From an uncultured Rickettsia sp. (GTDB lineage Bacteria > Pseudomonadota > Alphaproteobacteria > Rickettsiales > JABSSG01), in assembly GCA_964515755.1 (NCBI GenBank), contig CAZEVK010000005.1, positions 732 to 57,191 of the forward strand: 56,460 bases of DNA, given 5' to 3'. The position numbers and the translations under genes were made by a program. Each line of letters opens with the position of its first letter. Position 1 is the stretch's first letter. Below, in pieces: positions 37,313 through 48,946 of this stretch. A model generated the notes under the pieces. The model ran no database searches. It saw only the letters and a list, made by a program, of their open reading frames with translations, and was not told where the DNA came from.

Positions 37313-40300
37313 TTATGGTATAAAGAAACCAGTAAATCCAGTTAGTCCATTAGCTATTAATTCAGGTAAGAATATACTCATTGGATTAACCGATGTTTTT
37401 GTATTACCAAGCTTTCCTTTAATAGTATAACTTGCAGATATCAAGCCTTTCTTACCATCTTTTCCTGCAAGATTGCGGCCAATAAACGGTACTAAAGATA
37501 ACACGCGATTAAATCCATATACTGGAGGAATAACTTCTCCCGCGAAATTGACATATTCTTTCTTTAAATCAAGGGTGCCATTAAGAGATAGTGTCAGGAA
37601 GTCACCAGTAAAATATGTATGATTGATTCTTATAACGTCTCTAGCGTAAATAAAATGACCACGCATTTTTTGAAATGGTATAGATTTATAATTTTGCAAG
37701 ATTGATAAAATTCCACGAAATGAACTAAAAGAAAGTAATTTAGCTAAAATTGGAGTTTTAATTGCGGTAAAATTATTCATTTCAACTGTGCCAATATATA
37801 CGTTATCAATTTTTGTCTTTGATCTTTCAACAGGATTTAAATCAATTGTTAACTCACCACCTTCTACGTCTTTATAAATATTTAATGCTTTTAAAAAAGA
37901 TGCAGCATTGTTAGTATAAAGCCTCCAGCTTTTATCAACCAATGTTACTTTTGTATATGCATCTGGTCCCATTTCTAAACTAAGATAACCTTTGGTACAC
38001 GATCCATTTGCGCACTCAAAATTTGAAGTCAAATTATTAAATTCAATATTATTAGGCATTTTAACTTTTTTAAGATTTACGTCTATGACGGTTTTAGAGT
38101 TATTACTATTATTATTCTTTTTTAGCATTTCAGAAAAATTTGATTGTCTGAGATTAATTTGTTGACCACTTAACAGAAAATTACTTTGATTGTTATTGCT
38201 ATTATATTTGATGCTAAAGTCATCATCCATAAATTTTAAATCACTGTTAAAAGTACGTATGCTCTCCAGATTATTATCAAATTCAGCGTATCCTGTGATA
38301 TTAATGTTTGGTTCTGATATTAAATCTAACTTTGTTGTTTGCCAAAATTTATTATCGGCGTTATTCATAGACAGATTGAATAAACATTGCTGATTTATAC
38401 CTTTTATTAAGCTTAGAATAGGTATAGCAAAACTTGCATTGCTTAGATCAATTGTTGAATTTACTGTTTCATTTTGTGGATAACTCATATACTCAATTTT
38501 AGCGATAGCTTGACCAGCAGTTATCTTAAAATTGTTACTTAATATTTGTTCAAACGATGATCCTGGATCAATTGCTATAGTTGTATCAAGTTTATGATCA
38601 AAATTATTTTTATCCTCATTATCAAAATTACTTATCCAGTCTATGCTTCCTAATTGGTTATTAATTTTTACAGGGCCAGAAACATGTACAGATTTTTCAT
38701 TCAACGATAAATTTAAATCTCCATTGCTTAATTTAAAATCATTAGCAAAATTTAAATTTGTGTTTTTTAATGTTGCATTGACATCCAAAGTAGTATTGGC
38801 TAATGATATATCGCTTTCAAGAGGTATTTTAACGTAAACTTTGCCTTGTAAATTACTTTGAATATTTGATAAATTTAAACCTTTTTCTTCTATGAGTTGT
38901 AAATTTTCAGCGCCGATAAAACCTAAATAATCCTTGGCATTTCCTTCTGTAGTCGCTGAAACTATTAAAGGCATAGTTTTTTCATCATATATAATTTCTA
39001 CAGTACCTGCGGTTATTTTAGAAGTCAGTAATTCGCCAGAAGTAATATTTATTTTTGCACTATGACCGTCAAGCGAAGCTGTACCTGTAAGCTTATTAAG
39101 TTGGTCGTAGTCTTTATCATATTTGAGGTCAACATTTGTAAATTGCATATTAGCTAAGATATCTTTAGTAGAAATATTTTTAATATCTTTGATATTAACC
39201 TCGCAAGAAGCGTTTTTTACGATGCCGTTGCGCATACTTTCAATAAACCATTCTCTTACAGGACTTGCGACTTCTTCCGGCCAAAGTATTCTTAAGTTAT
39301 TTATTTGTAGGTTTTGTGCTGTAATTGCTCCATTTATTTTAAAAGATTTTGAAAGTAGCCCAGGTAGTTTGAGTATTTGTCCTTTAATTTTTAGTACTGT
39401 GTTATTTGTAAGTTTTAGTAAAAAGTTCTCAATAGATGTATGCTGCAAATCATCATCTGTTATGATAGAAAATTCGAGTTGATTAATTGTATTTTGCAAA
39501 TCTTCTTTGATTTTCACTGAAGTTTTATTATGTAAATTAACAACTAAAGCATTTTTATTATTAGTTTTATTAATTGCATACTGTAAAATTCCATTTAAAA
39601 TCAACCCATTGCTTAGACTCTTCAGAAGTTCGTTATTATAATCTTCAGGCATAATATTGGTAATTAATTCTATTGGAAAATTATTAAACTTTATTTCACT
39701 ATTAATGTATTTTTTGTTGTTATCTATTTTTAAATTTACTTGAGACTCTGAATTTTGATTTTGATCTTTCATATTTATTGTTCCGCGTAGTTGATTTTGG
39801 GCGGTAAAAATACTTTTTATACTTAGCTCATATATTGAAGATTTATAGAATATAACAGCATTATTGATGTTAACTTTTTCAACAAATAAAAATTTTTGTT
39901 GAGAGGTGTTACCTAGTAAAGCATGAGCTTTGTGTAGAATTCTATCCCAATCAAATTGTTGGTATTCTTCAGAATTTTGTTTTATAGGTAAGTTTTTAAA
40001 AAAGAATTGGGGTTTAGAAAACGTAATATCAATTGGTATACTTAAGGATTTCAAAAGACTAGATAAATATGTTGTTACGTTAAACGAGTTTACGGTGAGT
40101 AATGTGTCTTGACCATTCTTTATATTTACGTTTGTGCCATTAAATACTAAGCATTTAGTTAATTTGTTTGCGTGAATAGATATTTCATCTACTCCAATAT
40201 TTAATGTTGAATTACGATAAAGTTCGTACTCTAAATTTATAGAATTTAATGTTATGCCTTTTTCTTGATAAATTAATCTATAATATACCGCACCAGCAGC

Positions 40301-40372
40301 AATAAATGACAAAGCAACCAAGAATAGTAATAAATATAATAGTGCTTTGATAAGAGTTTTAAAAATTTTCAT
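37313..40372 (-). CDS. AsmA-like/YhdP (DUF3971 + AsmA_2) envelope protein
   Basis: N-terminal TM anchor, long beta-rich body with LWPEEVASPVREW, C-terminal G.LDL...GEVIPPVYGFNRVLSLVPFIG..L...GLISASYTIKG...TSVNP. Confidence 0.8.
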   Translation of the reverse strand: MKIFKTLIKALLYLLLFLVALSFIAAGAVYYRLIYQEKGITLNSINLEYELYRNSTLNIGVDEISIHANKLTKCLVFNGTNVNIKNGQDTLLTVNSFNVTTYLSSLLKSLSIPIDITFSKPQFFFKNLPIKQNSEEYQQFDWDRILHKAHALLGNTSQQKFLFVEKVNINNAVIFYKSSIYELSIKSIFTAQNQLRGTINMKDQNQNSESQVNLKIDNNKKYINSEIKFNNFPIELITNIMPEDYNNELLKSLSNGLILNGILQYAINKTNNKNALVVNLHNKTSVKIKEDLQNTINQLEFSIITDDDLQHTSIENFLLKLTNNTVLKIKGQILKLPGLLSKSFKINGAITAQNLQINNLRILWPEEVASPVREWFIESMRNGIVKNASCEVNIKDIKNISTKDILANMQFTNVDLKYDKDYDQLNKLTGTASLDGHSAKINITSGELLTSKITAGTVEIIYDEKTMPLIVSATTEGNAKDYLGFIGAENLQLIEEKGLNLSNIQSNLQGKVYVKIPLESDISLANTTLDVNATLKNTNLNFANDFKLSNGDLNLSLNEKSVHVSGPVKINNQLGSIDWISNFDNEDKNNFDHKLDTTIAIDPGSSFEQILSNNFKITAGQAIAKIEYMSYPQNETVNSTIDLSNASFAIPILSLIKGINQQCLFNLSMNNADNKFWQTTKLDLISEPNINITGYAEFDNNLESIRTFNSDLKFMDDDFSIKYNSNNNQSNFLLSGQQINLRQSNFSEMLKKNNNSNNSKTVIDVNLKKVKMPNNIEFNNLTSNFECANGSCTKGYLSLEMGPDAYTKVTLVDKSWRLYTNNAASFLKALNIYKDVEGGELTIDLNPVERSKTKIDNVYIGTVEMNNFTAIKTPILAKLLSFSSFRGILSILQNYKSIPFQKMRGHFIYARDVIRINHTYFTGDFLTLSLNGTLDLKKEYVNFAGEVIPPVYGFNRVLSLVPFIGRNLAGKDGKKGLISASYTIKGKLGNTKTSVNPMSIFLPELIANGLTGFTGFFIP

Positions 40373-40414
40373 AATTTTTACTTAAATTTATTTAAAGAAT
40401 ATCATAAAATGTAT

Positions 40415-41428
40415 CTAATGTGTTGATATTATTTCTTGTATTTCCTTTAAATCTTTATTTTCAAGTGAGATCAAACCTTTAGTGACAAGGTATCCATTTT
40501 CTCCAACTACAGATTCAGATGTGGCTGTCTGTAGAAAATTTTTAACATTTTCGGTAAGCTTATTTTTATTATTAGTTTTTGCATAAAGCAATAAAGGCCT
40601 GGATAAGGCATATTTTCTGTTTCTAATGTTATTTGGTGAAGGTGTAATCTCATCAATAGTTATATATCTTAAATCTTCTAAATTATTTCTGAAGAAATTA
40701 TAACCAATGATACCCCATGCATCTTTATTTTTTTTCAATTTCTGGACAATTAAGTTTTCATTATTACCAATTTCGATATATTTTCCGTCTGTTCTAATAT
40801 GAGGACATTTCTTTTTTTCTTTGGCATACTCTACAAAATTGCTACATGAACTCTGCATAACTATTTGATCAAATTCATCTCTCGTTCCAGATGTGCTTGC
40901 AGGCCCATATAATTCTATATTTACTTTAGGTAAAGATTGATTTAAATCTGACCATTTTTGGTATGGGTTTTTAATAAGCTTACCATTTACAGGAACAGTG
41001 TCTGCTAAAGCTAAGAATAATTCTTTACGCGAAATATTGATATTACTATCCATTTTAGCATTAGCAATTATAATGCCATCATAACCATAATTAATTTCTA
41101 AAATATTGTTTATTTTATGAGATTTGCAAAATGCTATTTCCGAAGGTTTTATAGGCCTTGAAGCACTTGCTAAGTCTGGATAGTGCTCATCGTTACCTGA
41201 GCAAAATAGTTGTATTCCACTACCTGTACCGGTTGATTCAACTATAATATTATCATTACCATATGCCAAAGAGAACATCTGTGCTATTGTTGTTATAAAT
41301 GGATATGCCGTTGATGAGCCTGAGATTCGAATAATATTTTCAGTTGCTGAGGTACCAAAGCATATTAAGCCCATAAATATAGTTTTAAGGATTATTCTAT
41401 AATAGTTTAGTGCTTTGCTTTGGATCAT
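40415..41428 (-). CDS. pstS: Phosphate ABC transporter substrate-binding protein (PstS/SphX-like)
   Basis: IRISGSSTAYP, VESTGTGSG..LFC, ASASRPIK..E, GPASTSGTRDEF, YALSRPLLLY. Confidence 0.88.
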   Translation of the reverse strand: MIQSKALNYYRIILKTIFMGLICFGTSATENIIRISGSSTAYPFITTIAQMFSLAYGNDNIIVESTGTGSGIQLFCSGNDEHYPDLASASRPIKPSEIAFCKSHKINNILEINYGYDGIIIANAKMDSNINISRKELFLALADTVPVNGKLIKNPYQKWSDLNQSLPKVNIELYGPASTSGTRDEFDQIVMQSSCSNFVEYAKEKKKCPHIRTDGKYIEIGNNENLIVQKLKKNKDAWGIIGYNFFRNNLEDLRYITIDEITPSPNNIRNRKYALSRPLLLYAKTNNKNKLTENVKNFLQTATSESVVGENGYLVTKGLISLENKDLKEIQEIISTH

Positions 41429-41495
41429 AAAATTGTTTATTATTTGGTAGCAATGTTATATATATTTTTGATAATAACATATAATTTAATTTTTT

Positions 41496-42386
41496 GTGAG
41501 TATGAAATATAATAAGGTAAAAAAAGTAGTATTTCCTGTTGGTGGTCTTGGAACTAGGTTTTTACCTGCAACTAAATCTATTCCCAAAGAAATGTTGCCA
41601 GTTGCAAGTAAGCCTTTGATTCAATACGCTTTCGAAGAGGCAGTAAATGCTGGTATCGAGCAATTTATTTTTATTACGGGTCGTAATAAAAATGCGATTT
41701 CAAACCATTTTGATCATTCGTATGAATTACAAAATATTTTATCTCAGAAAGATAAAAAAATTGAGTTAGAATTAACTAAAGACTGGATTCCGGAAGCTGG
41801 AAAAATAATTTTCATGAGGCAGCAGGGTGCGTTTGGCCTAGGTCATGCCATCTTATGTGCAAAAAATGTTATTGGTGATGAGCCTTTTGCTGTAATACTT
41901 GCAGATGAGATGATGCAATGTGAGCATGGGTTTTTATTCCAAATGCAGGATCAGTATCAGAAACATGGTGGTAATATTATAGGTGTAAGTGCTGTTGAGG
42001 AATCGCAAACTAAAAACTACGGTATTATTGATATTGGCAAACCTGTTTGTGACATGGTAGAGGTGAAAGGAATGGTTGAAAAACCTGCATTTGGCTCTGC
42101 ACCATCTAACTTATCGATTGTTGGTAGATATATATTACAGCCTGAAATTTTTAATTACTTACAAAAAACAAAGCCTGGTCAAGGTAATGAAATTCAACTC
42201 ACTGATGCAATGCAGCAGATGTTAAAGGCTGGTGAAAAGTTTAATGCTCTAGAATTTACTGGATTACGTTTTGATTGCGGCAATCAAGTTGGGTTTCTAG
42301 AGGCTAACATATCTTATGCTTTAGCTGATAAAAGTATTAGTTCTGAAGTAAAAAAAATTCTTAGAAATTATAGTAATATTTTATGA
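41496..42386 (+). CDS. galU: UTP-glucose-1-phosphate uridylyltransferase
   Basis: VFPVGGLGTRFLPATKSIPKEMLP, GLGHAILCA, VEKP, GNEIQLTDA, FDCG. Confidence 0.96.
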   Translation: MSMKYNKVKKVVFPVGGLGTRFLPATKSIPKEMLPVASKPLIQYAFEEAVNAGIEQFIFITGRNKNAISNHFDHSYELQNILSQKDKKIELELTKDWIPEAGKIIFMRQQGAFGLGHAILCAKNVIGDEPFAVILADEMMQCEHGFLFQMQDQYQKHGGNIIGVSAVEESQTKNYGIIDIGKPVCDMVEVKGMVEKPAFGSAPSNLSIVGRYILQPEIFNYLQKTKPGQGNEIQLTDAMQQMLKAGEKFNALEFTGLRFDCGNQVGFLEANISYALADKSISSEVKKILRNYSNIL

Positions 42387-43690
42387 AAGTAGCAGTTATT
42401 GGATCAGGTTATGTCGGATTGGTTTCGGGGGCTTGTTTTGCCGATGTAGGTCATGAAGTTACTTGTGTTGATAATGATTTTAAAAAAATTGATGGTTTAA
42501 ACAAAGGTAATGTTCCTATTTTTGAACCTGGTTTAAACCAAATCATAAGCAGGAATTTTAGCAAAGGTCGTTTGAAATTTACTACTGATTTATCAAATGC
42601 ACTTAGTTCTGTTGACTTTGTTATTATTGCAGTAGGTACGCCAACAAATCATCAAGCTCGGAAAGTTGATTTATCCTTTGTTGAAGAAGTGGTATCTCAA
42701 ATTAAAAAGTCATTGACTCATGATATTATAGTAATTGTAAAATCAACCGTACCGATAGGCACATGTAGCAAGCTAAATGAACTTCTTAATAAAAATAGTA
42801 ATTATAATTGTAGAGTAGTTTCTAATCCTGAGTTTTTACGTGAGGGCCATGCAATTGATGATTTCATGAATCCGGATCGAATTGTTATTGGTTGTGACTC
42901 AGATGTGAAATCAATGCTTTTACAGCTTTATCACGATCATATAAAAAGACAAAAAAGAATTTTATTTACTAACTTTGAAACAGCAGAATTAATTAAATAT
43001 ACTTCTAATACTGCATTGGCTGCAAAAGTTGCATTGATTAACGAAATTGCAAATATTTCTGAAAAATTAGGTGCTGATATTAATCAAGTTGTTTATGGCG
43101 TAGGTTTAGATTCTAGAATTGGTAATAGATTTTTATCACCCGGCCCAGGTTTTGGCGGTTCCTGTTTTCCTAAAGATATAGCTGCTTTGGCACAAATTGC
43201 TGAAGAGGTAGATTGTAATAATAATTTAATTAGTGCTATAGCACGCTCTAATGATGCTCATAAATTACTGATTTCTAATAATATTATTCGTTTTTGTAAT
43301 GAGTTTGCTACTGGCAAGATTATTAGTATATTAGGCCTAACATATAAAGCAAATACTGATGATGTTCGCAGTAGTCCGTCAATTGATATTATAAATTTTT
43401 TGTTGGACCATGGTGCAATTGTTCAAGCTTATGATCCTGAAGGAATTGATGGAGCAGAAAAAATTTGGAAAGATAAAGTTGTTTTTTGTAGTGATTTATA
43501 TAAAGCTTTAGAAAATTCAAATTTAGCAGTAATTTTAACAGAATGGGATCAATTTAAAAATATTGATTATCATAGATTAAAAAAATTAATGGCTGTCCCA
43601 GCTATATATGACCTCAGAAATATGATTGATAAGAACAAGTTAGATTCTGAAATTAAGTTGTATAAATTAGGCTGTAATAGTTACTTATAA
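42383..43690 (+). CDS. ugd: UDP-glucose/GDP-mannose 6-dehydrogenase
   Basis: VIGSGYVGL, AVGTP, KSTVPIG, SNPEFLREG, GFGGSCFPKD, GLTYKANTDDVRSS; ATGA overlap with galU. Confidence 0.93.
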   Translation: MKVAVIGSGYVGLVSGACFADVGHEVTCVDNDFKKIDGLNKGNVPIFEPGLNQIISRNFSKGRLKFTTDLSNALSSVDFVIIAVGTPTNHQARKVDLSFVEEVVSQIKKSLTHDIIVIVKSTVPIGTCSKLNELLNKNSNYNCRVVSNPEFLREGHAIDDFMNPDRIVIGCDSDVKSMLLQLYHDHIKRQKRILFTNFETAELIKYTSNTALAAKVALINEIANISEKLGADINQVVYGVGLDSRIGNRFLSPGPGFGGSCFPKDIAALAQIAEEVDCNNNLISAIARSNDAHKLLISNNIIRFCNEFATGKIISILGLTYKANTDDVRSSPSIDIINFLLDHGAIVQAYDPEGIDGAEKIWKDKVVFCSDLYKALENSNLAVILTEWDQFKNIDYHRLKKLMAVPAIYDLRNMIDKNKLDSEIKLYKLGCNSYL

Positions 43691-46600
43691 TGTTATTAAA
43701 TAATAATTTTATTCATTTACGTGTGCATAGTTCCTACTCCTTAGCTGAAGGAGCTATTAAGATTTCTGACTTAATCACCTCTTGTCGAAAAAATAAAATG
43801 CCTGCAGTTGGATTGACCGATAGTGGTAATTTATTTGCTGCATTGGAATTTTCAATGGAGGCATCTAAAAATGGTGTTCAAGCTATTATAAGTTCAATCT
43901 TAAAACTTAGAATCAGCAAGTCTATGAGTGAAGAAAGTTTTTATGATCAAATAGTTTTAATTGCTATGGATGATCAAGGCTATAAGAATCTTTTGTGGTT
44001 AGTTAGTAGTAGTTTTTTAAATGCCAAGGAAAATCATGATTATCACATAACATTAGAAGAGCTAGAAGAACATTCTCAAGGCCTTATTGTTCTAACAGGT
44101 GGGGTTAAGGGAAGTGTTGGAAGATTGATACTAAATAATCAGCTGCTTGAAGCTGAGCAGCTCTTATTAGATTTAAAACATATTTTTAATGATCGGCTTT
44201 ATATTGAATTAATGCGTCATGGTTTAAGTGAAGAGATTAAGACTGAAAAATATTTTGTTGAATTGGCTTTTAAACATAATATTCCACTAGTTGCTACAAA
44301 TGATGTGTATTTTTTAAAAGAGGATATGCATGAAGCCCATGAAATATTATTATGTATAGCCGATGGTAAGTATATCAATGATGAAAGCCGTAGAAAATCT
44401 AGTAAAGATCATTATTTTAAGTCTTCTAGACAGATGGTTGAATTGTTTGAAGATATACCTGAGGCAATTGAAAATACTATCGTAATCGCTAAGCGTTGTG
44501 CAGTTAAGGCAGATGAGTCTCCGCCAATGTTTCCGAAATATGAAGTTACTATTGGTCGTGATGAAGAAGATGAAATACGAATCTTAGCTAGAAGTGGTTT
44601 AGAAGAAAGATTAAGTGCTATAAAGAATTTTGAACATCATTCAAAGCAGTCCTATCGAGATCGCTTAGAATATGAGCTTGATGTTATTATTCGTATGCAA
44701 TTTTCAGGATACTTCTTAATTGTTTCTGATTTTATTCGTTGGAGTAAAAGAAATTATATTCCAGTCGGCCCGGGTAGGGGGTCTGGAGCTGGTTCTATTG
44801 TAGCGTGGAGTTTAGAAATTACAGATCTTGACCCTATTAGATTTGGATTGTTATTTGAAAGATTCCTAAATCCTGATCGTATTTCAATGCCAGATTTTGA
44901 TATAGATTTCTGCCAGGATCGTCGTGATGAAGTAATTGAATATGTAAAGCAAAAATATAACGTTAATCGTGTTGCTCAAATTATTACTTTCGGTAAGTTA
45001 CAGGCTAGAGCTGTAATACGTGATGTGGGACGAGTGTTACAAATGCCTTATACTCAAATAGATCGCATTTCAAAATTAGTACCATTCAATCCAATTAGTC
45101 CAGTCTCTTTATCACAAGCTATAGTTATGGAGCCACAATTAAAACAAGCCAAAGAAGGAGATGAGGAAATTGGACACTTGCTTGATATTGCGCTTCGATT
45201 AGAAGGGTTAAATCGACATGCTTCAATCCATGCTGCTGGCTTGGTTATAGCTAACAAAGATCTTATTGAATTTATCCCACTATATAATGATCAGAAATCA
45301 GATATGCTAGTTACACAGTATTCTATGAAATATGCTGAAGCAGCTGGCTTAATCAAATTTGACTTTTTAGGCTTAAAAACACTGACAGTTTTATCTAATT
45401 GTGTGAAATCAATAAAAAAGAGATTTCCTGATTTTGAGCTTAGTAAGATTACTCTTGAGGATGAGAAAACTTTTTCAATGCTATCGAAGGGGCAATCAGT
45501 AGGCGTATTTCAATTTGAAAGTGTCGGTATGCGCGATGCTTTGAGGAAATTAAAACCTGACACATTTGAAGATTTAATTGCTCTTGGTGCATTATATAGA
45601 CCTGGTCCAATGGATAATATTCCAACTTATATTGGATGTAAGCATGGTGTATTAAAACCTAACTATCTTCACCCCAGTCTTGAGCCAATTTTGAATAAAA
45701 CCTTTGGTGTAATAATTTACCAAGAACAAGTGATGGAAATTGCTCAGGTTTTAGCTGGATATACTTTGGGAGCAGCTGATTTATTAAGGCGAGCAATGGG
45801 TAAGAAAATTATTGAAGAAATGGATGCGCAACGAGCTTTGTTCGTTAATGGCGCAGTGGAGCGTGGTGTTGAAAAGCAGCAAGCAACCTATATTTTTGAT
45901 TTAGTAGCAAAATTTGCTGGTTATGGTTTCAATAGGTCGCATGCAGCTGCATATGCTTTGATATCGTATCAAACCGCTTATTTAAAAGCTAATTATCCTG
46001 TGGAAATGCTGGTAGCATTGATGAATACTGAAATTGATGATACTGATAAAGTTAGTTATTTTATTCAGGAAGCTAAAAACTTAGGAATTAAAGTTATCTC
46101 GCCTGACATCAATCGTTCTGAACCATATTTTACTATTATTTATGACGAGAGTGGCGTAGGAATGATTTTATACGGTCTTGCAGCTTTAAAAAATGTTGGA
46201 GTAGGTGCGATGCAATCATTATGTGAAAATCGTCATCAATATGGTGTGTTCAAAGATATTTCTGATTTTATTTCACGATGTGATCCAAAAGTTATGAATA
46301 AAAGACAATTGGAACATTTGATTAAAGCAGGAGTTTTTGATTTTTTGCATGGTAATCGCAGGCAATTATTTGAGTCGATAGATGTTTTAACAAAATATAG
46401 TAATATAGCTAATCAAGAGAAAGATACTAAGCAAATCAGCCTTTTCTGTAGTACGAATGAAAGTATGATAGTGAAATTGCCTAGTTTTGCATCGCTAGAT
46501 AACTGGAATAGTAGTGAACTTTTAGAAAATGAATGTATTGCTTTAGGTTTTTATCTATCAGCGCATCCATTGGATATATATCAAAGAATGTTCGATAAAA

Positions 46601-47139
46601 ATAAAATCGTTAATATTATTCATATACTTAATGAATTTCCTGAGGGTGTTTCTAAAGTGAAAATGGCAGCAGTACCTATTAACGTGCGTACAAAGGTATC
46701 TCCAAGAGGGCGTTTTGTATCTGTATTAATGTCTGATCCTACTGGTTCATTTGAACTTTCTATTTTTGATGATGAGTTGTTAGAAAAAAATCGTGACATA
46801 CTATATACCAAAACACCTTTATTTATTACAGCTGATGTCCGTAAAGATGCTGGCGGAGCAAGGCTTACTGCAAGCTCTATTTCTAAGTTAGAACTATATC
46901 TATCCAATCAGCAAATTAATTGGTTAATTGAAATTGATAATCCTAAATCTATAGAAATGGTAAAGAAGTGGCTTACTAATGAAGATAAAGGAGCAAGGAA
47001 GGTTAAAATTACTTTGAGAGTTCATGTTGAAGATAATATTATTGATATGAATTTACCTGAAACTTACTATCCAAATCTAGCACATTTTTCTAGCACTAAT
47101 CTGCCCGAGGGTATTATATCCATTAGTCAGATTGACTAA
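43690..47139 (+). CDS. dnaE: DNA polymerase III alpha subunit
   Basis: HLRVHSSYSL (PHP), GPGRGSGAGS, PDFDIDF, HAAG, KFDFLGLKTL, YGFNRSH. Confidence 0.98.
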   Translation: MLLNNNFIHLRVHSSYSLAEGAIKISDLITSCRKNKMPAVGLTDSGNLFAALEFSMEASKNGVQAIISSILKLRISKSMSEESFYDQIVLIAMDDQGYKNLLWLVSSSFLNAKENHDYHITLEELEEHSQGLIVLTGGVKGSVGRLILNNQLLEAEQLLLDLKHIFNDRLYIELMRHGLSEEIKTEKYFVELAFKHNIPLVATNDVYFLKEDMHEAHEILLCIADGKYINDESRRKSSKDHYFKSSRQMVELFEDIPEAIENTIVIAKRCAVKADESPPMFPKYEVTIGRDEEDEIRILARSGLEERLSAIKNFEHHSKQSYRDRLEYELDVIIRMQFSGYFLIVSDFIRWSKRNYIPVGPGRGSGAGSIVAWSLEITDLDPIRFGLLFERFLNPDRISMPDFDIDFCQDRRDEVIEYVKQKYNVNRVAQIITFGKLQARAVIRDVGRVLQMPYTQIDRISKLVPFNPISPVSLSQAIVMEPQLKQAKEGDEEIGHLLDIALRLEGLNRHASIHAAGLVIANKDLIEFIPLYNDQKSDMLVTQYSMKYAEAAGLIKFDFLGLKTLTVLSNCVKSIKKRFPDFELSKITLEDEKTFSMLSKGQSVGVFQFESVGMRDALRKLKPDTFEDLIALGALYRPGPMDNIPTYIGCKHGVLKPNYLHPSLEPILNKTFGVIIYQEQVMEIAQVLAGYTLGAADLLRRAMGKKIIEEMDAQRALFVNGAVERGVEKQQATYIFDLVAKFAGYGFNRSHAAAYALISYQTAYLKANYPVEMLVALMNTEIDDTDKVSYFIQEAKNLGIKVISPDINRSEPYFTIIYDESGVGMILYGLAALKNVGVGAMQSLCENRHQYGVFKDISDFISRCDPKVMNKRQLEHLIKAGVFDFLHGNRRQLFESIDVLTKYSNIANQEKDTKQISLFCSTNESMIVKLPSFASLDNWNSSELLENECIALGFYLSAHPLDIYQRMFDKNKIVNIIHILNEFPEGVSKVKMAAVPINVRTKVSPRGRFVSVLMSDPTGSFELSIFDDELLEKNRDILYTKTPLFITADVRKDAGGARLTASSISKLELYLSNQQINWLIEIDNPKSIEMVKKWLTNEDKGARKVKITLRVHVEDNIIDMNLPETYYPNLAHFSSTNLPEGIISISQID

Positions 47140-47140
47140 T

Positions 47141-47665
47141 TCATTTTACTTTAAAAAAGCTATAGGATAACGTGATGACATTTACATCTTTCATTTCAGG
47201 ATCATTGTCGAAATCAGGATCGATAAAAAACGAAACTGGCATATGCACTTGTTGATTTGGTGTAAGAAGCTGTTCAGAAAAACAAAAACACTGAATTTTA
47301 TTAAAATACTTACCGGCTTTGTGAGGAGTGACATTATAAACGGCAGTGCCTATTATCTGCTGTAATGCTTTATTATGTGCAAAATAAAATACCAGCATAT
47401 TTTCACCAGTAATAACTTGCACATTTTTTTGTTCTGGTTTGAATTCCCATGGTAAATCTGGGCTTGTATTTGCATCAAATCTTATTTCTAATTTACGACT
47501 TCCAATATGATTAGCCCTGCTTTTTGCTATCTGAGTTGTTCCTCCGTATCCTGTTACTTTACAAAATAAATTGTATAAAGGTACTGATGAGTAAGCAAGT
47601 AAGCTCATTCCAATAATTAGCATGACTAATGATAACGCTAGTTTTTTATTTTCAGATTTGAGCAT
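47141..47665 (-). CDS. ctaG: Cytochrome c oxidase assembly protein CtaG/Cox11
   Basis: VPLYNLFCKVTGYGGT, YFNKIQCFCF, MPVSFFIDP, ITLSYSFF. Confidence 0.96.
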   Translation of the reverse strand: MLKSENKKLALSLVMLIIGMSLLAYSSVPLYNLFCKVTGYGGTTQIAKSRANHIGSRKLEIRFDANTSPDLPWEFKPEQKNVQVITGENMLVFYFAHNKALQQIIGTAVYNVTPHKAGKYFNKIQCFCFSEQLLTPNQQVHMPVSFFIDPDFDNDPEMKDVNVITLSYSFFKVK

Positions 47666-47683
47666 TTTTATTGATTTAGACTT

Positions 47684-48418
47684 TTATAGTTTAAAGTCAT
47701 TTCCTAGATAAATATTTTTTACTATTTCATTTTTTACTATTTCTTTAGATGTACCTTCCATGATTACAGTACCATCGCTAATTATATATGCGCGGTCAAC
47801 TATATCTAAAACTTCTCGTACATTATGGTCAGTTATCAGTACGCCAATTCCTCTATCTTTGAGATGAGAAATTAAGTGTTTAATTTCGATAACAGCGATT
47901 GGATCAACTCCAGCTAAAGGTTCATCTAATAGTATAAATAATGGATCGGATGCTAATGCTCTAGCGATTTCTAATCTACGACGCTCCCCACCTGATAACG
48001 TTACAGACATTGCGGTTCTAAGATGACTTATAGCAAATTCTGCTAATAATGTTTCTAATTTTTTTTGACGTTTTATAAGATCAGGCTCTACAACTTCTAA
48101 TATGGCCATAATATTGTCTTCTACGGTTAGCCCTCTAAAAATAGATGCTTCTTGAGGTAAATAACCTATGCCCATGCGTGCTCTTTTATACATCGGTAAG
48201 TTAGTTATGTCTTGGTTATTAATCAGAATTTGTCCAGTATCTGGGCGAGTAAGGCCACTAATCATATAAAAACAAGTGGTTTTACCAGCTCCATTTGGGC
48301 CTAACAATCCTACAACTTCACCGCTTTTTACATTAATATTGAAATTGCGTACAACTGGACGCTTATTATAAGTTTTGCCTAGATTTTTTGCTAACAGACA
48401 TTCTTGCGATTTTTTCAT
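47684..48418 (-). CDS. lptB: LPS export ABC transporter ATP-binding protein
   Basis: [52 protein letters not shown]. Confidence 0.95.
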   Translation of the reverse strand: MKKSQECLLAKNLGKTYNKRPVVRNFNINVKSGEVVGLLGPNGAGKTTCFYMISGLTRPDTGQILINNQDITNLPMYKRARMGIGYLPQEASIFRGLTVEDNIMAILEVVEPDLIKRQKKLETLLAEFAISHLRTAMSVTLSGGERRRLEIARALASDPLFILLDEPLAGVDPIAVIEIKHLISHLKDRGIGVLITDHNVREVLDIVDRAYIISDGTVIMEGTSKEIVKNEIVKNIYLGNDFKL

Positions 48419-48429
48419 GGTTGTACCGA

Positions 48430-48945
48430 TTAATTATCTGGAATAAATACTCTAACTCTATCTTTAATAGATGATTTCTTATCATCACGATCTTTTTTTA
48501 AAGCAATTACTTTAGCAATTTTAGTCTTTAAATTATAGGTAAGTTTGTCACCTTCTAGATAATTATGACCTTCTTTCAAAGAAACATTATTTGAGAGTGT
48601 TACAATTGACTCTTTTACATTATATTCACCAATATCTCCTTTGGCTACCTTATTAGTTTGATAAATTATTATATCTTCAAATAATTCTATTTTTTTTATT
48701 TCTTGTGATTGGGTGTTTTCCATTTTGTTGCTTTTAACTGTGTGAATTATAGCTTTTTTACAATTTATCGTGGTATCATTTTTCACAATTTTTACATTGC
48801 CATAAAATTCTGCAGTATCATTTTCGTAATTTATTATTAATTTATCTGAGTCAATTACAGTATTAACCGTTTCTTGCGAAACTGCTTTGGCTGATTGAGC
48901 ATAAGCTAATATCAATATTCCTATTAATTTGCAGAGTTGATTCAT
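48430..48945 (-). CDS. lptA: LptA/OstA-family LPS transport periplasmic protein
   Basis: Signal peptide, beta-jellyroll pattern ([17 protein letters not shown]...[10 protein letters not shown]), C-terminal RVRVFIP; adjacent to lptB. Confidence 0.85.
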   Translation of the reverse strand: MNQLCKLIGILILAYAQSAKAVSQETVNTVIDSDKLIINYENDTAEFYGNVKIVKNDTTINCKKAIIHTVKSNKMENTQSQEIKKIELFEDIIIYQTNKVAKGDIGEYNVKESIVTLSNNVSLKEGHNYLEGDKLTYNLKTKIAKVIALKKDRDDKKSSIKDRVRVFIPDN

Positions 48946-48946
48946 A

